A stretch of DNA of 52,603 nucleotides from a virus (IMGVR_UViG_3300017704_000980:1-52603); one strand, 5' to 3'; positions 37,018 through 45,231 are shown, counted from the first letter of the stretch. Program-made: numbers and translations. The notes: a model not told the origin generated them from the sequence alone.

Positions 37018-37283
37018 CGAGTAATTGGCGGGGTGTAGTTGATGACATCGATAGACGTGATGCCAGCATCTTCAAAGATATATTGATATAGAGTATAGTT
37101 GTCGATAATACCATCAAGGGTCAATAAAACACCTTTCATATAGGCGATCTTCTCTTCACAGTTAACAGTCATCTGGCGGGAAACTATATCGTTGTTTAGT
37201 GTATCGATTTCTGCAACGATCTTTCTTCTCATCTGAATAATATCAGGCAACGTTTTCATGGTCATTTCCTTTTCTTTAGACAC
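37014..37283 (-). CDS. hypothetical protein
   Basis: coupled ORF; start may be 37265. Confidence 0.6.
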   Translation of the reverse strand: MSKEKEMTMKTLPDIIQMRRKIVAEIDTLNNDIVSRQMTVNCEEKIAYMKGVLLTLDGIIDNYTLYQYIFEDAGITSIDVINYTPPITR

Positions 37284-37450
37284 TTTTTACAGAGGAACAT
37301 ATTAGACTCTTTGTCTAGCTTTGTTTCTTCTTCAAACGACTCTTCACAACTCTCACAAAAATACTCCCCCGAATTTTCATAGTCGGGAAGAGTATCTTTT
37401 TTGCGAGAAGGAAAGGGTGCAAAACCACCCAAGGATCTTTTGATCAGCAT
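37262..37450 (-). CDS. small zinc-finger-like protein
   Basis: CESC and CKKC pairs. Confidence 0.55.
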   Translation of the reverse strand: MLIKRSLGGFAPFPSRKKDTLPDYENSGEYFCESCEESFEEETKLDKESNMFLCKKCLKKRK

Positions 37451-37463
37451 ATTCTAAATATAC

Positions 37464-38117
37464 TTACTCCATCGATTCGAATGCTTCAGCGAATGCAGGA
37501 GACATCCTGATCTTGACCAAACCACGATCACGTGCCTTCTTGATTCCCATTGTTGAATAGCCTGTGAGCGACGCGATCTGCTCCAGTGTTGCAGCTTGTT
37601 CGAAGCCAATACCATAATATCGAGCAACTGATGTTTCCTCGATTTCGGTAAGGTCGGCTGTGGCGATGGAACGAGCGATGAAATCCTTGAGCTCCGTATC
37701 GGCGTGCTCACAGCTCGAACCTTTTACAGCGTGCCACATCAAAGTGTTGCCACGATCGACTTCGTCGGAAGTTGTTCCGGAAGTACGATCGAAGGAAGCT
37801 TCGAAAGGAATAGCGACATCCTCGTTCTTACCCTTGTTGAAGCCGATCTTTGCATTGATCTTGTTCCAAGGGACGTGGACATCACGGTTTTCATACAGGG
37901 CACCAAGAACCCTAGCCTTTACCCAGGAACTGCAATGAGTTCTTGGGGAAGCACCTTTGCCGGGCTTGTAATGATCGGCACCTTCGACGAGACCTTCATG
38001 ACCAGCCGAAATCAGATCGTCATAATTCATAAGGTGAGCATACTTCCTCGCCCAGATCTTTGGCAGATCCATGTTCTTCTTAATGATGGCGTCGCGTTCT
38101 GTAGCTGAAATGTTCAA
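37464..38117 (-). CDS. sigma-70 family RNA polymerase sigma factor (regions 2 and 4)
   Basis: DDLISAGHEGLVEGADHYKPGKG..P.T...WV (region 2); LTEIE..V..YYGI...TLEQIA..TGYS..GIK...RGL.KI (region 4 HTH). Confidence 0.85.
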   Translation of the reverse strand: MNISATERDAIIKKNMDLPKIWARKYAHLMNYDDLISAGHEGLVEGADHYKPGKGASPRTHCSSWVKARVLGALYENRDVHVPWNKINAKIGFNKGKNEDVAIPFEASFDRTSGTTSDEVDRGNTLMWHAVKGSSCEHADTELKDFIARSIATADLTEIEETSVARYYGIGFEQAATLEQIASLTGYSTMGIKKARDRGLVKIRMSPAFAEAFESME

Positions 38118-38154
38118 ATTCTATCCTTTGATGAGAGAATTGTCTATACCATCT

Positions 38155-38183
38155 AATATAGGCAAATTCTAGCGGATTGTAAA
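38155..38183 (-). promoter_or_regulatory. early promoter TTTACA-N17-TATATT driving the sigma factor gene
   Basis: consensus spacing and shared ttgccTATATTag context. Confidence 0.7.
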
Positions 38184-38190
38184 CTGTTTT

Positions 38191-38397
38191 TCAGCTAATT
38201 TGTGACAAATTTTCAATAAAGTCGTAATATCCTTTCTCTGTCAGCAATTCAAGAATCTCGTACGTAGGAAAGGGGCGAAGCAGACTTACCGTATCCATTA
38301 CACTATCGCCAACCGCGAGTTCATCATTGCTCATAAAAACTGAGATATCTTGATGAGGCGAGTTGGTGACCTGAACCTTGTAATATTTAGTCTTCAT
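38191..38397 (-). CDS. hypothetical protein
   Basis: coupled ORF with GAGG SD. Confidence 0.6.
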   Translation of the reverse strand: MKTKYYKVQVTNSPHQDISVFMSNDELAVGDSVMDTVSLLRPFPTYEILELLTEKGYYDFIENLSQIS

Positions 38398-38764
38398 CTT
38401 TGTCCTCTTCTTCGTCGGGGATAAGACCCATGACCTTCTGGATGTCTTCGAGTGAATTCAGCTCCGATTCATCAGGATCAAGGTCACTATCGAAGTCTGG
38501 TGTGAAGGTAAGTTCCTGCCCTGCTTCCTCTTCTCGCTGTGCTGCGATATCGGCGTTGAGCTCTTCCACTTCATCGACCAATTCGTCTCGACTAACACCG
38601 CCCCTCCGCAGGAGAACAGAGATGATCTTTTCAGCCATAACCACCCGATCGGTCAAAGCGACTACGATGCTGCCGAACGCTGCCAGCTCACCTGCAAAGT
38701 GAGTAATATCCTTCGCATTCACAACAATCTGCTGACGAATAATTGAGATTTCCTCTTCTGACAT
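38387..38764 (-). CDS. acidic hypothetical protein (start revised to MSEEEISII)
   Basis: AAGGAG SD upstream of ATG at 38764. Confidence 0.65.
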   Translation of the reverse strand: MSEEEISIIRQQIVVNAKDITHFAGELAAFGSIVVALTDRVVMAEKIISVLLRRGGVSRDELVDEVEELNADIAAQREEEAGQELTFTPDFDSDLDPDESELNSLEDIQKVMGLIPDEEEDKDED

Positions 38765-38777
38765 CCGAGATATCTCC

Positions 38778-39347
38778 TTACTTGTATTCGACGATGTAGC
38801 GGTTGCGGTGGGCATACCAGCCTGAAGTGAGTCTGATGTCAGGTGGTGCAAGATCAACTTCATCGCATGATTGAGAGATATATTGTAACATCTGATCCTT
38901 CAGCCACTGGGAGTCGGCGTCGGGACTGGCTGGGCCAGGGACCACCTCGATTGAAGTAATGATCTCACCGGCGGTATTCTTCCGCTTTGAAACCTTGACG
39001 TTGGAAAATACTTTTTTCAAATTGATTCGATAAGCTCTGAGCTGTTCAGCTGATCGAACCACGGCGGCGTGGAGTTCCTGACGTGTTTCATTTTCCTGAG
39101 CCAGGACTTCGGCAGCATCACGAGGATCAGGGTCTTCGAAATCCTGGGCCTCTTCATCAGTGAGCTGTGCAATTCGAATTTCTGTGCCATCGTTAAGCTC
39201 CACTGCTTGCCATTCATCCTCTAATCTGAGGAGCATCAATGCAGCGACGGCGACATCGATCAGCCGCTCTCTATCCAGAACGACTCTAAAGTTAGACTCA
39301 TCACCAGAACTCCAGCCTTCGATTGTATACATTTGACTGTCGGTCAC
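38778..39347 (-). CDS. hypothetical protein
   Basis: AAGGAGG SD, GTG start overlapping upstream TGA. Confidence 0.7.
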   Translation of the reverse strand: MTDSQMYTIEGWSSGDESNFRVVLDRERLIDVAVAALMLLRLEDEWQAVELNDGTEIRIAQLTDEEAQDFEDPDPRDAAEVLAQENETRQELHAAVVRSAEQLRAYRINLKKVFSNVKVSKRKNTAGEIITSIEVVPGPASPDADSQWLKDQMLQYISQSCDEVDLAPPDIRLTSGWYAHRNRYIVEYK

Positions 39348-39493
39348 GATGCAACCTCCTTGAGATACTCCGGTGAATGATCATATTCGTTTGCACACGT
39401 AGCCGAGCATACCTCAAGTTCCGTGTCACCGTTGCGAATAACGAAAGTGCAGTCGCCTAACGGCTTCCCACACATTGCACATGTTTCGTTCAT
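39344..39493 (-). CDS. small zinc-binding protein (CAMC...CSATC, TRASH/YHS-like)
   Basis: 49-aa ORF coupled at both ends (TAATG and GTGA); not in ORF track. Confidence 0.6.
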   Translation of the reverse strand: MNETCAMCGKPLGDCTFVIRNGDTELEVCSATCANEYDHSPEYLKEVAS

Positions 39494-39651
39494 TAGAACA
39501 ATTCTCCTTCAGGGTGGACTGGAAAGATGCGAGCCGGTCGCTCTTCCTCCAACTGCTGTTTGAGAGCCAGGATCTCCATGATCGTCATGGAGCTGTATTC
39601 TGGGCCGAGATTATCCTCGGCATACTTGATGATTTCCCGTAAAGTTTCCAT
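39493..39651 (-). CDS. hypothetical protein (start revised to METLREII)
   Basis: GAGAGG SD before ATG at 39651. Confidence 0.6.
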   Translation of the reverse strand: METLREIIKYAEDNLGPEYSSMTIMEILALKQQLEEERPARIFPVHPEGELF

Positions 39652-39658
39652 GTGCCTC

Positions 39659-39886
39659 TCAGTATTTGAAGACGATTTCATAGATGAATCTCAAGCCGCC
39701 TGATTCCTGGGTGACCTCATATACCTCTTTGAGTTCAACGAGGGTGAGGCCTGTGAGTTTTTCTAGTTCGTGGTCCAATTTGACTTCCGGATTTTTCATC
39801 CGACTGCCTTTGAACCTCACCATGAACTCGTTCCTGAATCCTCGGTTACGGATTGTGGTCGAGCCCAGTGATAAAATCTCGGTCAC
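39659..39886 (-). CDS. hypothetical protein
   Basis: GTGA-coupled ORF. Confidence 0.6.
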   Translation of the reverse strand: MTEILSLGSTTIRNRGFRNEFMVRFKGSRMKNPEVKLDHELEKLTGLTLVELKEVYEVTQESGGLRFIYEIVFKY

Positions 39887-40236
39887 GACAGATCCTCAAC
39901 CACGACCTTTGGGTAGCCCTGGTTGGCAGCTTCCTCAACCGCCGTGCGGATGAAAAATTCCTCACGCGGGCGAGCGAAGTAATGTGCACCATAAGCCGAG
40001 CACCAGTCGCGGAGAACGTCACCACTCTCCATGTATCCGACATCCAGCAAGTCGTGCTGGTCGAGGAAGGTGGTAATGCTGATAATTTCGATGACCTTCA
40101 CCTTCAGCACCTCAGGTGAATCGACCATATCAGCCGTGATATCACTGGCACCAACCACATGCCACTTACCATCCCCGACGGTCTGAGCGACGGTATAAGT
40201 ATCCATGGCTGAGACTGGGCGAAGGATCGTCTTCAT
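39883..40236 (-). CDS. hypothetical protein
   Basis: ATGA-coupled ORF. Confidence 0.7.
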   Translation of the reverse strand: MKTILRPVSAMDTYTVAQTVGDGKWHVVGASDITADMVDSPEVLKVKVIEIISITTFLDQHDLLDVGYMESGDVLRDWCSAYGAHYFARPREEFFIRTAVEEAANQGYPKVVVEDLS

Positions 40237-40634
40237 TTCTGCTTCATCTCCTTGAGATTGGCTGCGTAGTATACGTCAACCTTGTAGCGCTTTTTGGGAG
40301 CACCAACCGATTCGATGATAACCTTGTTCTTGCGGTTGCGGGTGTTCCAGCCGCGAAGGATGGCCAACATGCCATCGGGGCAACGATAGGTCGTGCCCGG
40401 CTTCAGATGCCGGAGGCCCTGAGGAGCGTATCGAGCGAAGTCCGCGGCCTCGGGGTCGTGAGCGGTACCATCAGAGTCGACGGTAAATACCTGGAAGTTG
40501 CCCTTCATCGAGTTCGGGTAGAACTTGATACCACCGGACCTGAATTCCAGGCCGCGTTCCTTGAAGAAGCCCACGAGGACTTCGTCCATCTCTGTGTGGA
40601 GCTGTCGTACCTGAGCCTTCGTGAACCTCTCCAT
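40233..40634 (-). CDS. hypothetical protein
   Basis: GGAGG SD; GC-rich codon usage. Confidence 0.7.
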   Translation of the reverse strand: MERFTKAQVRQLHTEMDEVLVGFFKERGLEFRSGGIKFYPNSMKGNFQVFTVDSDGTAHDPEAADFARYAPQGLRHLKPGTTYRCPDGMLAILRGWNTRNRKNKVIIESVGAPKKRYKVDVYYAANLKEMKQK

Positions 40635-40636
40635 GG

Positions 40637-40828
40637 TTATGCCTCCACCAGGGTGACCGTGGAACCGGACATGGACTCCAGCTTGACGCGGAGACCTTCG
40701 ACTGCAGTGGCCAGGTCAACGGCGGAGGGACCGGCGATGTTATCGAAAATACCGCCGCGGACGCGAGCCTCATACTCTACGGTCATATTGAAAGCGTCAT
40801 CGGTGCGGACGGTGAAGAAAGTCTGCAT
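40637..40828 (-). CDS. hypothetical protein (start revised to MQTFFTV)
   Basis: AAGGAG upstream of ATG at 40828. Confidence 0.6.
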   Translation of the reverse strand: MQTFFTVRTDDAFNMTVEYEARVRGGIFDNIAGPSAVDLATAVEGLRVKLESMSGSTVTLVEA

Positions 40829-40830
40829 TA

Positions 40831-40929
40831 TTACTTCGTCTCCTTGGAGGGGTAAGGACGAACTGCGTTGAGGAAGGACAACGGGCCTGCGATCCAGATG
40901 AGATATTTGATCAGGTCTGCGAGGTCCAT
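40831..40929 (-). CDS. small hydrophobic peptide (MDLADLIKYLIWIAGPLSFLNAV...)
   Basis: 32-aa ORF filling the gap between promoter and next gene; not in ORF track. Confidence 0.4.
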   Translation of the reverse strand: MDLADLIKYLIWIAGPLSFLNAVRPYPSKETK

Positions 40930-40974
40930 TTTCTGCCTTCTTCGAGAGTGTGATAACCAATTCCTTATACTATA

Positions 40975-41003
40975 AATCTACGCCCTAGAGGGGTAGATGT
41001 AAA
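40975..41003 (-). promoter_or_regulatory. early promoter TTTACA-N17-TAGATT
   Basis: shares 21 identical nt with promoter at 36346. Confidence 0.7.
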
Positions 41004-41016
41004 GGCTTTTACGAAA

Positions 41017-41280
41017 CTAAATTCCAGATATCCATCTCTGAAAGGAGCGTCCACAGCGGGTTTCGAGAGCCTTCCAGTCAGCGTCGAGGGCGCGATTGAG
41101 GCCGGTCAGGGTCGAGGGGATACCAGGAAAGCCGACTACCACTCCATCCTCACGAGCGATATTAATGTCGACGAACAGCCTGAGAGTATTCTCATTGACG
41201 CCTTCAACCACCGGAAATGTCCGCAAATCGGCACCATAATCAAGGTCGTTGATCTTTTCAATTGTGAGCTTTTCGGCCAT
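41017..41280 (-). CDS. hypothetical protein (start revised to MAEKLTIEK)
   Basis: AAGGAAG before ATG at 41280, downstream of promoter. Confidence 0.6.
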   Translation of the reverse strand: MAEKLTIEKINDLDYGADLRTFPVVEGVNENTLRLFVDINIAREDGVVVGFPGIPSTLTGLNRALDADWKALETRCGRSFQRWISGI

Positions 41281-41318
41281 GTTTCTTCCTTGCTGTGAGC
41301 CATTAACCTTACCTATAT

Positions 41319-41347
41319 AATATAAACAAGTAGGGGGCTCATGTAAA
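41319..41347 (-). promoter_or_regulatory. early promoter TTTACA-N17-TATATT
   Basis: downstream leader near-identical to that of the 42319 promoter. Confidence 0.7.
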
Positions 41348-41368
41348 CGCTTTTCGGGCATTTTAGGC

Positions 41369-41460
41369 AAAAAAAACCGCATTCGTAAGTTATTGATTAT
41401 ATTGAACTTACGAATGCGATGATAAAATTCGCTCTAAAGCGTTGGAGATATTGAACTTAG
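41369..41460. repeat. copy 2 of ~70-bp element including a perfect 14-bp inverted repeat (41378-41418) with minus-strand U-tract
   Basis: CGCATTCGTAAGTT-N13-AACTTACGAATGCG; A8 at 41369-41376. Confidence 0.75.
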
Positions 41461-41762
41461 ACCACTTCTAGTTTTGGATACTCCCCTCTATCAATGGCAA
41501 CGATTTCCACTGTACACTGGCCGATGATCTCAATCTGATCGCCTACCTCGATGGCTACCAAGACTGGAGGAGGTTCATATGGACCATCATGAATTACAGT
41601 GGCCAGACCGATCATACCAGCCCAGGGACCAGGAATCATATCCCCGCCATGAACCTTGCGAGCTTCATCCCCCTCCTCAACCACATACAAACCACAGCGA
41701 TGGTAATTTCCAGGAGTAAACTCTACCTCACGAAGACGATCTGGATGGATTTTGAGTCTCAT
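41457..41762 (-). CDS. hypothetical protein
   Basis: GAGGAG SD. Confidence 0.7.
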   Translation of the reverse strand: MRLKIHPDRLREVEFTPGNYHRCGLYVVEEGDEARKVHGGDMIPGPWAGMIGLATVIHDGPYEPPPVLVAIEVGDQIEIIGQCTVEIVAIDRGEYPKLEVV

Positions 41763-41787
41763 TCGTATGTCTCCTCTAATTCGTCTT

Positions 41788-42066
41788 TCACTTCACCTCC
41801 ACTTCATAGATTTCCAAGTGACCAACATACGGATTTTCAGGCGTTTCATAGTCGGCGTTGAACCAAGGTGTGCTATTGACCATGGCGTACTCAGCCTGCG
41901 CTTTCTCCTTCACAATCCAAACACTGTCACCATGAGCATCCAACTCAAACCCAGCGCTAACACAGAAATCACCTTCTAAATTTGAATATGAGGTAATTCC
42001 TACCAAATCACCGACGCTGATATACTTGTTGGGAACGGTCTTGAATCTCAAACCATATAACGTCAT
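41788..42066 (-). CDS. hypothetical protein
   Basis: packed ORF in early operon. Confidence 0.65.
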   Translation of the reverse strand: MTLYGLRFKTVPNKYISVGDLVGITSYSNLEGDFCVSAGFELDAHGDSVWIVKEKAQAEYAMVNSTPWFNADYETPENPYVGHLEIYEVEVK

Positions 42067-42069
42067 GGA

Positions 42070-42303
42070 CTATGCCTTGATCTGGACAGGGTAGTTGAAC
42101 TGAGGGCCATGAAAATCCTCGACCATTGCCAAGCATTCAGGGCAGACGTACTTGTAGCCTTCCACTGCCTTGGGCAGTTTCACGACAGGGATGTCGTCTT
42201 CGCAACCATCACAGCTGCCAGGAGTGAATTTGGGTGTTTCAAAGTTGGGCATGATTTTGTCGAACATTTTCCTGGTCACTGAAATCTCCATGTTGTGAGC
42301 CAT
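42070..42303 (-). CDS. small zinc-ribbon-like protein
   Basis: CDGC and CPEC pairs; first gene after promoter. Confidence 0.65.
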   Translation of the reverse strand: MAHNMEISVTRKMFDKIMPNFETPKFTPGSCDGCEDDIPVVKLPKAVEGYKYVCPECLAMVEDFHGPQFNYPVQIKA

Positions 42304-42318
42304 TAACCTTACCTATCT

Positions 42319-42347
42319 AATATAGGCAATTATGCCACGACAGTAAA
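42319..42347 (-). promoter_or_regulatory. early promoter TTTACT-N17-TATATT
   Basis: consensus spacing; begins early island right after capsid terminator. Confidence 0.7.
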
Positions 42348-42387
42348 CGTATTCTCTAACATGTTGATTTTATTGAACTTAGGGCAT

Positions 42388-42416
42388 AAAAAAAGGAGGG
42401 CCCCGAAGGGCCCTCC
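42388..42416 (-). terminator. rho-independent terminator after major capsid gene
   Basis: GGAGGGCCC-TTCG-GGGCCCTCC-TTTTTTT. Confidence 0.9.
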
Positions 42417-42450
42417 AATTCTATTACCACCTTTATGTGGCTATGCTACC

Positions 42451-44169
42451 TTATACCGATGCTGGCGAACCAATCACGTTCAGATCAGCGACTGTGATAC
42501 GACCGTAATACTCTGGGCGAACCATCTGTGTAGCTGCTCTGTGCATAACGCCCTTACGTGGAGTAAAGTCGTTAGGCTCGAAAATGGTAGGAGTAACTAC
42601 CAGTGGGACATAAGGTGCGTAAACAAATCCAGCGTCAAGGAAGCCTGCGCCCTTGTAACCAAGAAGAATCTTGTTTACTGGGAAGTAAGGATCCTTATAG
42701 ACGGTGAATCTATTGCTAAGACTACCGATCTTTTCGATACCGAGGGAGTACTGAACCTCTGTTGGATCGAAGACTGCATTCGGCTTGAATGTAGCGATGG
42801 ATTCAAGGATTGAGCAAACGTCAGGTGAAGTAACCATCCAGTTAGCACCAGATCTAAGATTTCTCTTGTGGATCTCGTTGCTTACTGTGGTCAAGGTTTC
42901 ACCAAGGGTCTGGTACCAATCCTGCTGGGTGCCGTGGAACGACTGATACGTGTAAGACGATGTTGGGTTAAGAGTGTTAACCACATCGTTTGCCAAGTAC
43001 GAGACGTAACGACCGATAGCGCGGGACCATGCAGCCTTAACTGCAGCGCCTGAAAGAAGCTGACCAAGAATGTCTCTATCGATTTCAGTGGTAATAACCT
43101 CTGAAAGGATAGTGGTAAGTTCTACCTCGGCATCCAAAGCGTGATAAGCGTTCAAGTCCTGAGCAAGTTCTGGAGTCCACTGAGCCTTCAGCTTTCTGGT
43201 CTGAGCAACAACAGCGACCGAACTAACGGCGATGTTGATTTCAGGGATAGCTGAGGTAGCTTCAAAGTCACCAAGATTATTGGTGCCACTGTCAGTAGAA
43301 ACGTTAGTTGCTGCTGGGCCAACCAAGTGCATACCGGTTGACGAGTTAGCGCTCCAAGTCGATGGAGGTGAAAGAGTACCAGCCACATTCATGAACACCT
43401 GGATAAGAGCACCAGTAAGAACGGTCATGGTATGGTCAGTCTGACCTCGCTTCGATGCACCAGTCAACGAATGAATAGCCTTCAATGAACGGAAGGTATT
43501 TGTCGTATCGAAGTTCATCTCACCAGAAGTTGCGACACGAATCTCGTGAAGCGACTTAAGATCAGTAGCACCAGATGAAGCCAACGTGAAGTTGTAACCA
43601 GAGACGGTTACACCACCAAGTAGTTCTGATGTTGCTGTAACGCCGGAATACGTTGGCGCTGTGGTCGTGGTCAGAGCGAAGATCCTCTTAGAATAGCCAG
43701 TGTTCAGGTTGTAGAAACCACCTGAAGCCGCCTGTTCACCAACCGCATCAAGTCCTGGGTTGTTGTTAGGAGGTCCGTTATTAAGAAGACCGTATACAGA
43801 TTCGCCGCTACCCTGGCCACTCTTTGCACGATCAAACTTAAAGTCGAGGAAGAAGAGAAGTCCAGCAGGAAGTGACATAGGCTGAACAGCGACCAATTCC
43901 GAAGCCAGAAGCTGTCCGAAGACACGTCTAACTAGAGGGAATGCGATCTTGTTGAAGCCGGCGATGTCACCAACAACTGAGTTCTCGTCCAAGCGCTGCC
44001 TAAGTTCGACAGCCTGGTTTTCAAGCAGACGGGCAACAATCTTTTCATTGCCTTCGTCTAGCTTCTTGAGAAGACCAGTCTTACGCCACTTATCGGTAAT
44101 ACGACGCATACGGTCGTCTTCCCAGATAGGCTTGTAATCCGAGGTCATCTCCTGAACGATATTAGTCAT
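42451..44169 (-). CDS. major capsid protein (T4 gp23-like)
   Basis: LLENQ, FPLVRRVF, VQPM..PAGL.F, RKLKAQWTPELAQDL.AYH.LDAE.EL, EIDR, YAPYVPL, FTPRKG. Confidence 0.95.
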   Translation of the reverse strand: MTNIVQEMTSDYKPIWEDDRMRRITDKWRKTGLLKKLDEGNEKIVARLLENQAVELRQRLDENSVVGDIAGFNKIAFPLVRRVFGQLLASELVAVQPMSLPAGLLFFLDFKFDRAKSGQGSGESVYGLLNNGPPNNNPGLDAVGEQAASGGFYNLNTGYSKRIFALTTTTAPTYSGVTATSELLGGVTVSGYNFTLASSGATDLKSLHEIRVATSGEMNFDTTNTFRSLKAIHSLTGASKRGQTDHTMTVLTGALIQVFMNVAGTLSPPSTWSANSSTGMHLVGPAATNVSTDSGTNNLGDFEATSAIPEINIAVSSVAVVAQTRKLKAQWTPELAQDLNAYHALDAEVELTTILSEVITTEIDRDILGQLLSGAAVKAAWSRAIGRYVSYLANDVVNTLNPTSSYTYQSFHGTQQDWYQTLGETLTTVSNEIHKRNLRSGANWMVTSPDVCSILESIATFKPNAVFDPTEVQYSLGIEKIGSLSNRFTVYKDPYFPVNKILLGYKGAGFLDAGFVYAPYVPLVVTPTIFEPNDFTPRKGVMHRAATQMVRPEYYGRITVADLNVIGSPASV

Positions 44170-44200
44170 CTTTATGTCTCCCTAATATTCAGCAGATATC

Positions 44201-45142
44201 TTAAAGGATACCGGCGAGGGTCTGCATTCTTGAGCCACCAATGTTACCAGGCTTAGCAGATTCGTCGATTCTTGAAGATGCTGTCGGTTGAACAGGTCTG
44301 CGATTAACCTTATGCTTTCTAGCTGGACGGGTGCCCTTATATGCTTCCTTAAGAGCCTTGTAGGTTCTCTTAACTTCACCGACAGTTTCGCAACCGTCGA
44401 AGGTTTCGAGAATCTTATCCTTATCAGCCTGCGTAAGAGCAGCGTTCTTCATAATACGTGAAGCGCCAGCCAAGCGAGCATTGAACAGGTTAACTTCCTG
44501 AATTGTGTCCTTCATAACGTAGACTGCCTTTTCAAGCTTAGCGTTCTGCTTCCTAAGGCCAGCGTTTTCCTTCTTAAGCGTGTTGACAGTTGACTCGTAA
44601 TCCATCTCTTCGTCACCTTCGTCATCAACGATATCGATTACGTCGTCGTCATCACCTTCAATGTCTATGTCGTCATCTTCGAAAGTAAGTGATTCTAGTT
44701 CCTCGTCGCCACCTTCATCGTCGAGTTCCAAATCTTCCTCACCACCGAACACGTCGTCGTCAGAATCATCAAGATCATCGATTCCTTCTTCATCGCCGAA
44801 CTCGTCGTCCTCACCGAACATACCCTCGGTGACGTCGCCGTCCTCTTCGATTCCAGATTCTACGACTGCAGCACCATCGCCCATATCAGCGAGGTCCTCA
44901 TTTGGTGTGTCTCCCTTTGCTTCTACTTCGTCACCCATTCTCTCCTGCTCACCAGCCTCATCATAATCAGATGGGGGTTCGCCGGATCCACCGAGACCTT
45001 CATGAAGGGCTTCGTTAACTGCCTTGTTTATCGCTGGTGCCATTGAGTCGGCAAGAATTCCCTTAGCGTTAGACATAACAGCTGACTTCAGTCTTTCAGC
45101 GTCCTCGACGGCTTCAGTGTAAACATCCTTCTTCTTTGGCAT
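44201..45142 (-). CDS. prohead core scaffold protein (gp22-like)
   Basis: very acidic central region, C-term EVNLFNARL...RMQTLAGI; directly upstream of capsid. Confidence 0.7.
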   Translation of the reverse strand: MPKKKDVYTEAVEDAERLKSAVMSNAKGILADSMAPAINKAVNEALHEGLGGSGEPPSDYDEAGEQERMGDEVEAKGDTPNEDLADMGDGAAVVESGIEEDGDVTEGMFGEDDEFGDEEGIDDLDDSDDDVFGGEEDLELDDEGGDEELESLTFEDDDIDIEGDDDDVIDIVDDEGDEEMDYESTVNTLKKENAGLRKQNAKLEKAVYVMKDTIQEVNLFNARLAGASRIMKNAALTQADKDKILETFDGCETVGEVKRTYKALKEAYKGTRPARKHKVNRRPVQPTASSRIDESAKPGNIGGSRMQTLAGIL

Positions 45143-45206
45143 TCGAAGTCTCCGTCTTCTTTTGTTAAACTGATACTCAATAGTATGAATATCCTTTGCG
45201 TCAACA

Positions 45207-45214
45207 ATAAATAT
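45207..45214 (-). promoter_or_regulatory. putative late promoter motif ATATTTAT
   Basis: upstream of scaffold/capsid operon, after a terminator. Confidence 0.55.
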
Positions 45215-45231
45215 AGATTACGAAACCCTAG

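Noticed and set aside
41291-42324. Exact 1000-bp spacing of the two duplicated promoter cassettes
   Set aside because: No mechanism implied; treated as coincidence
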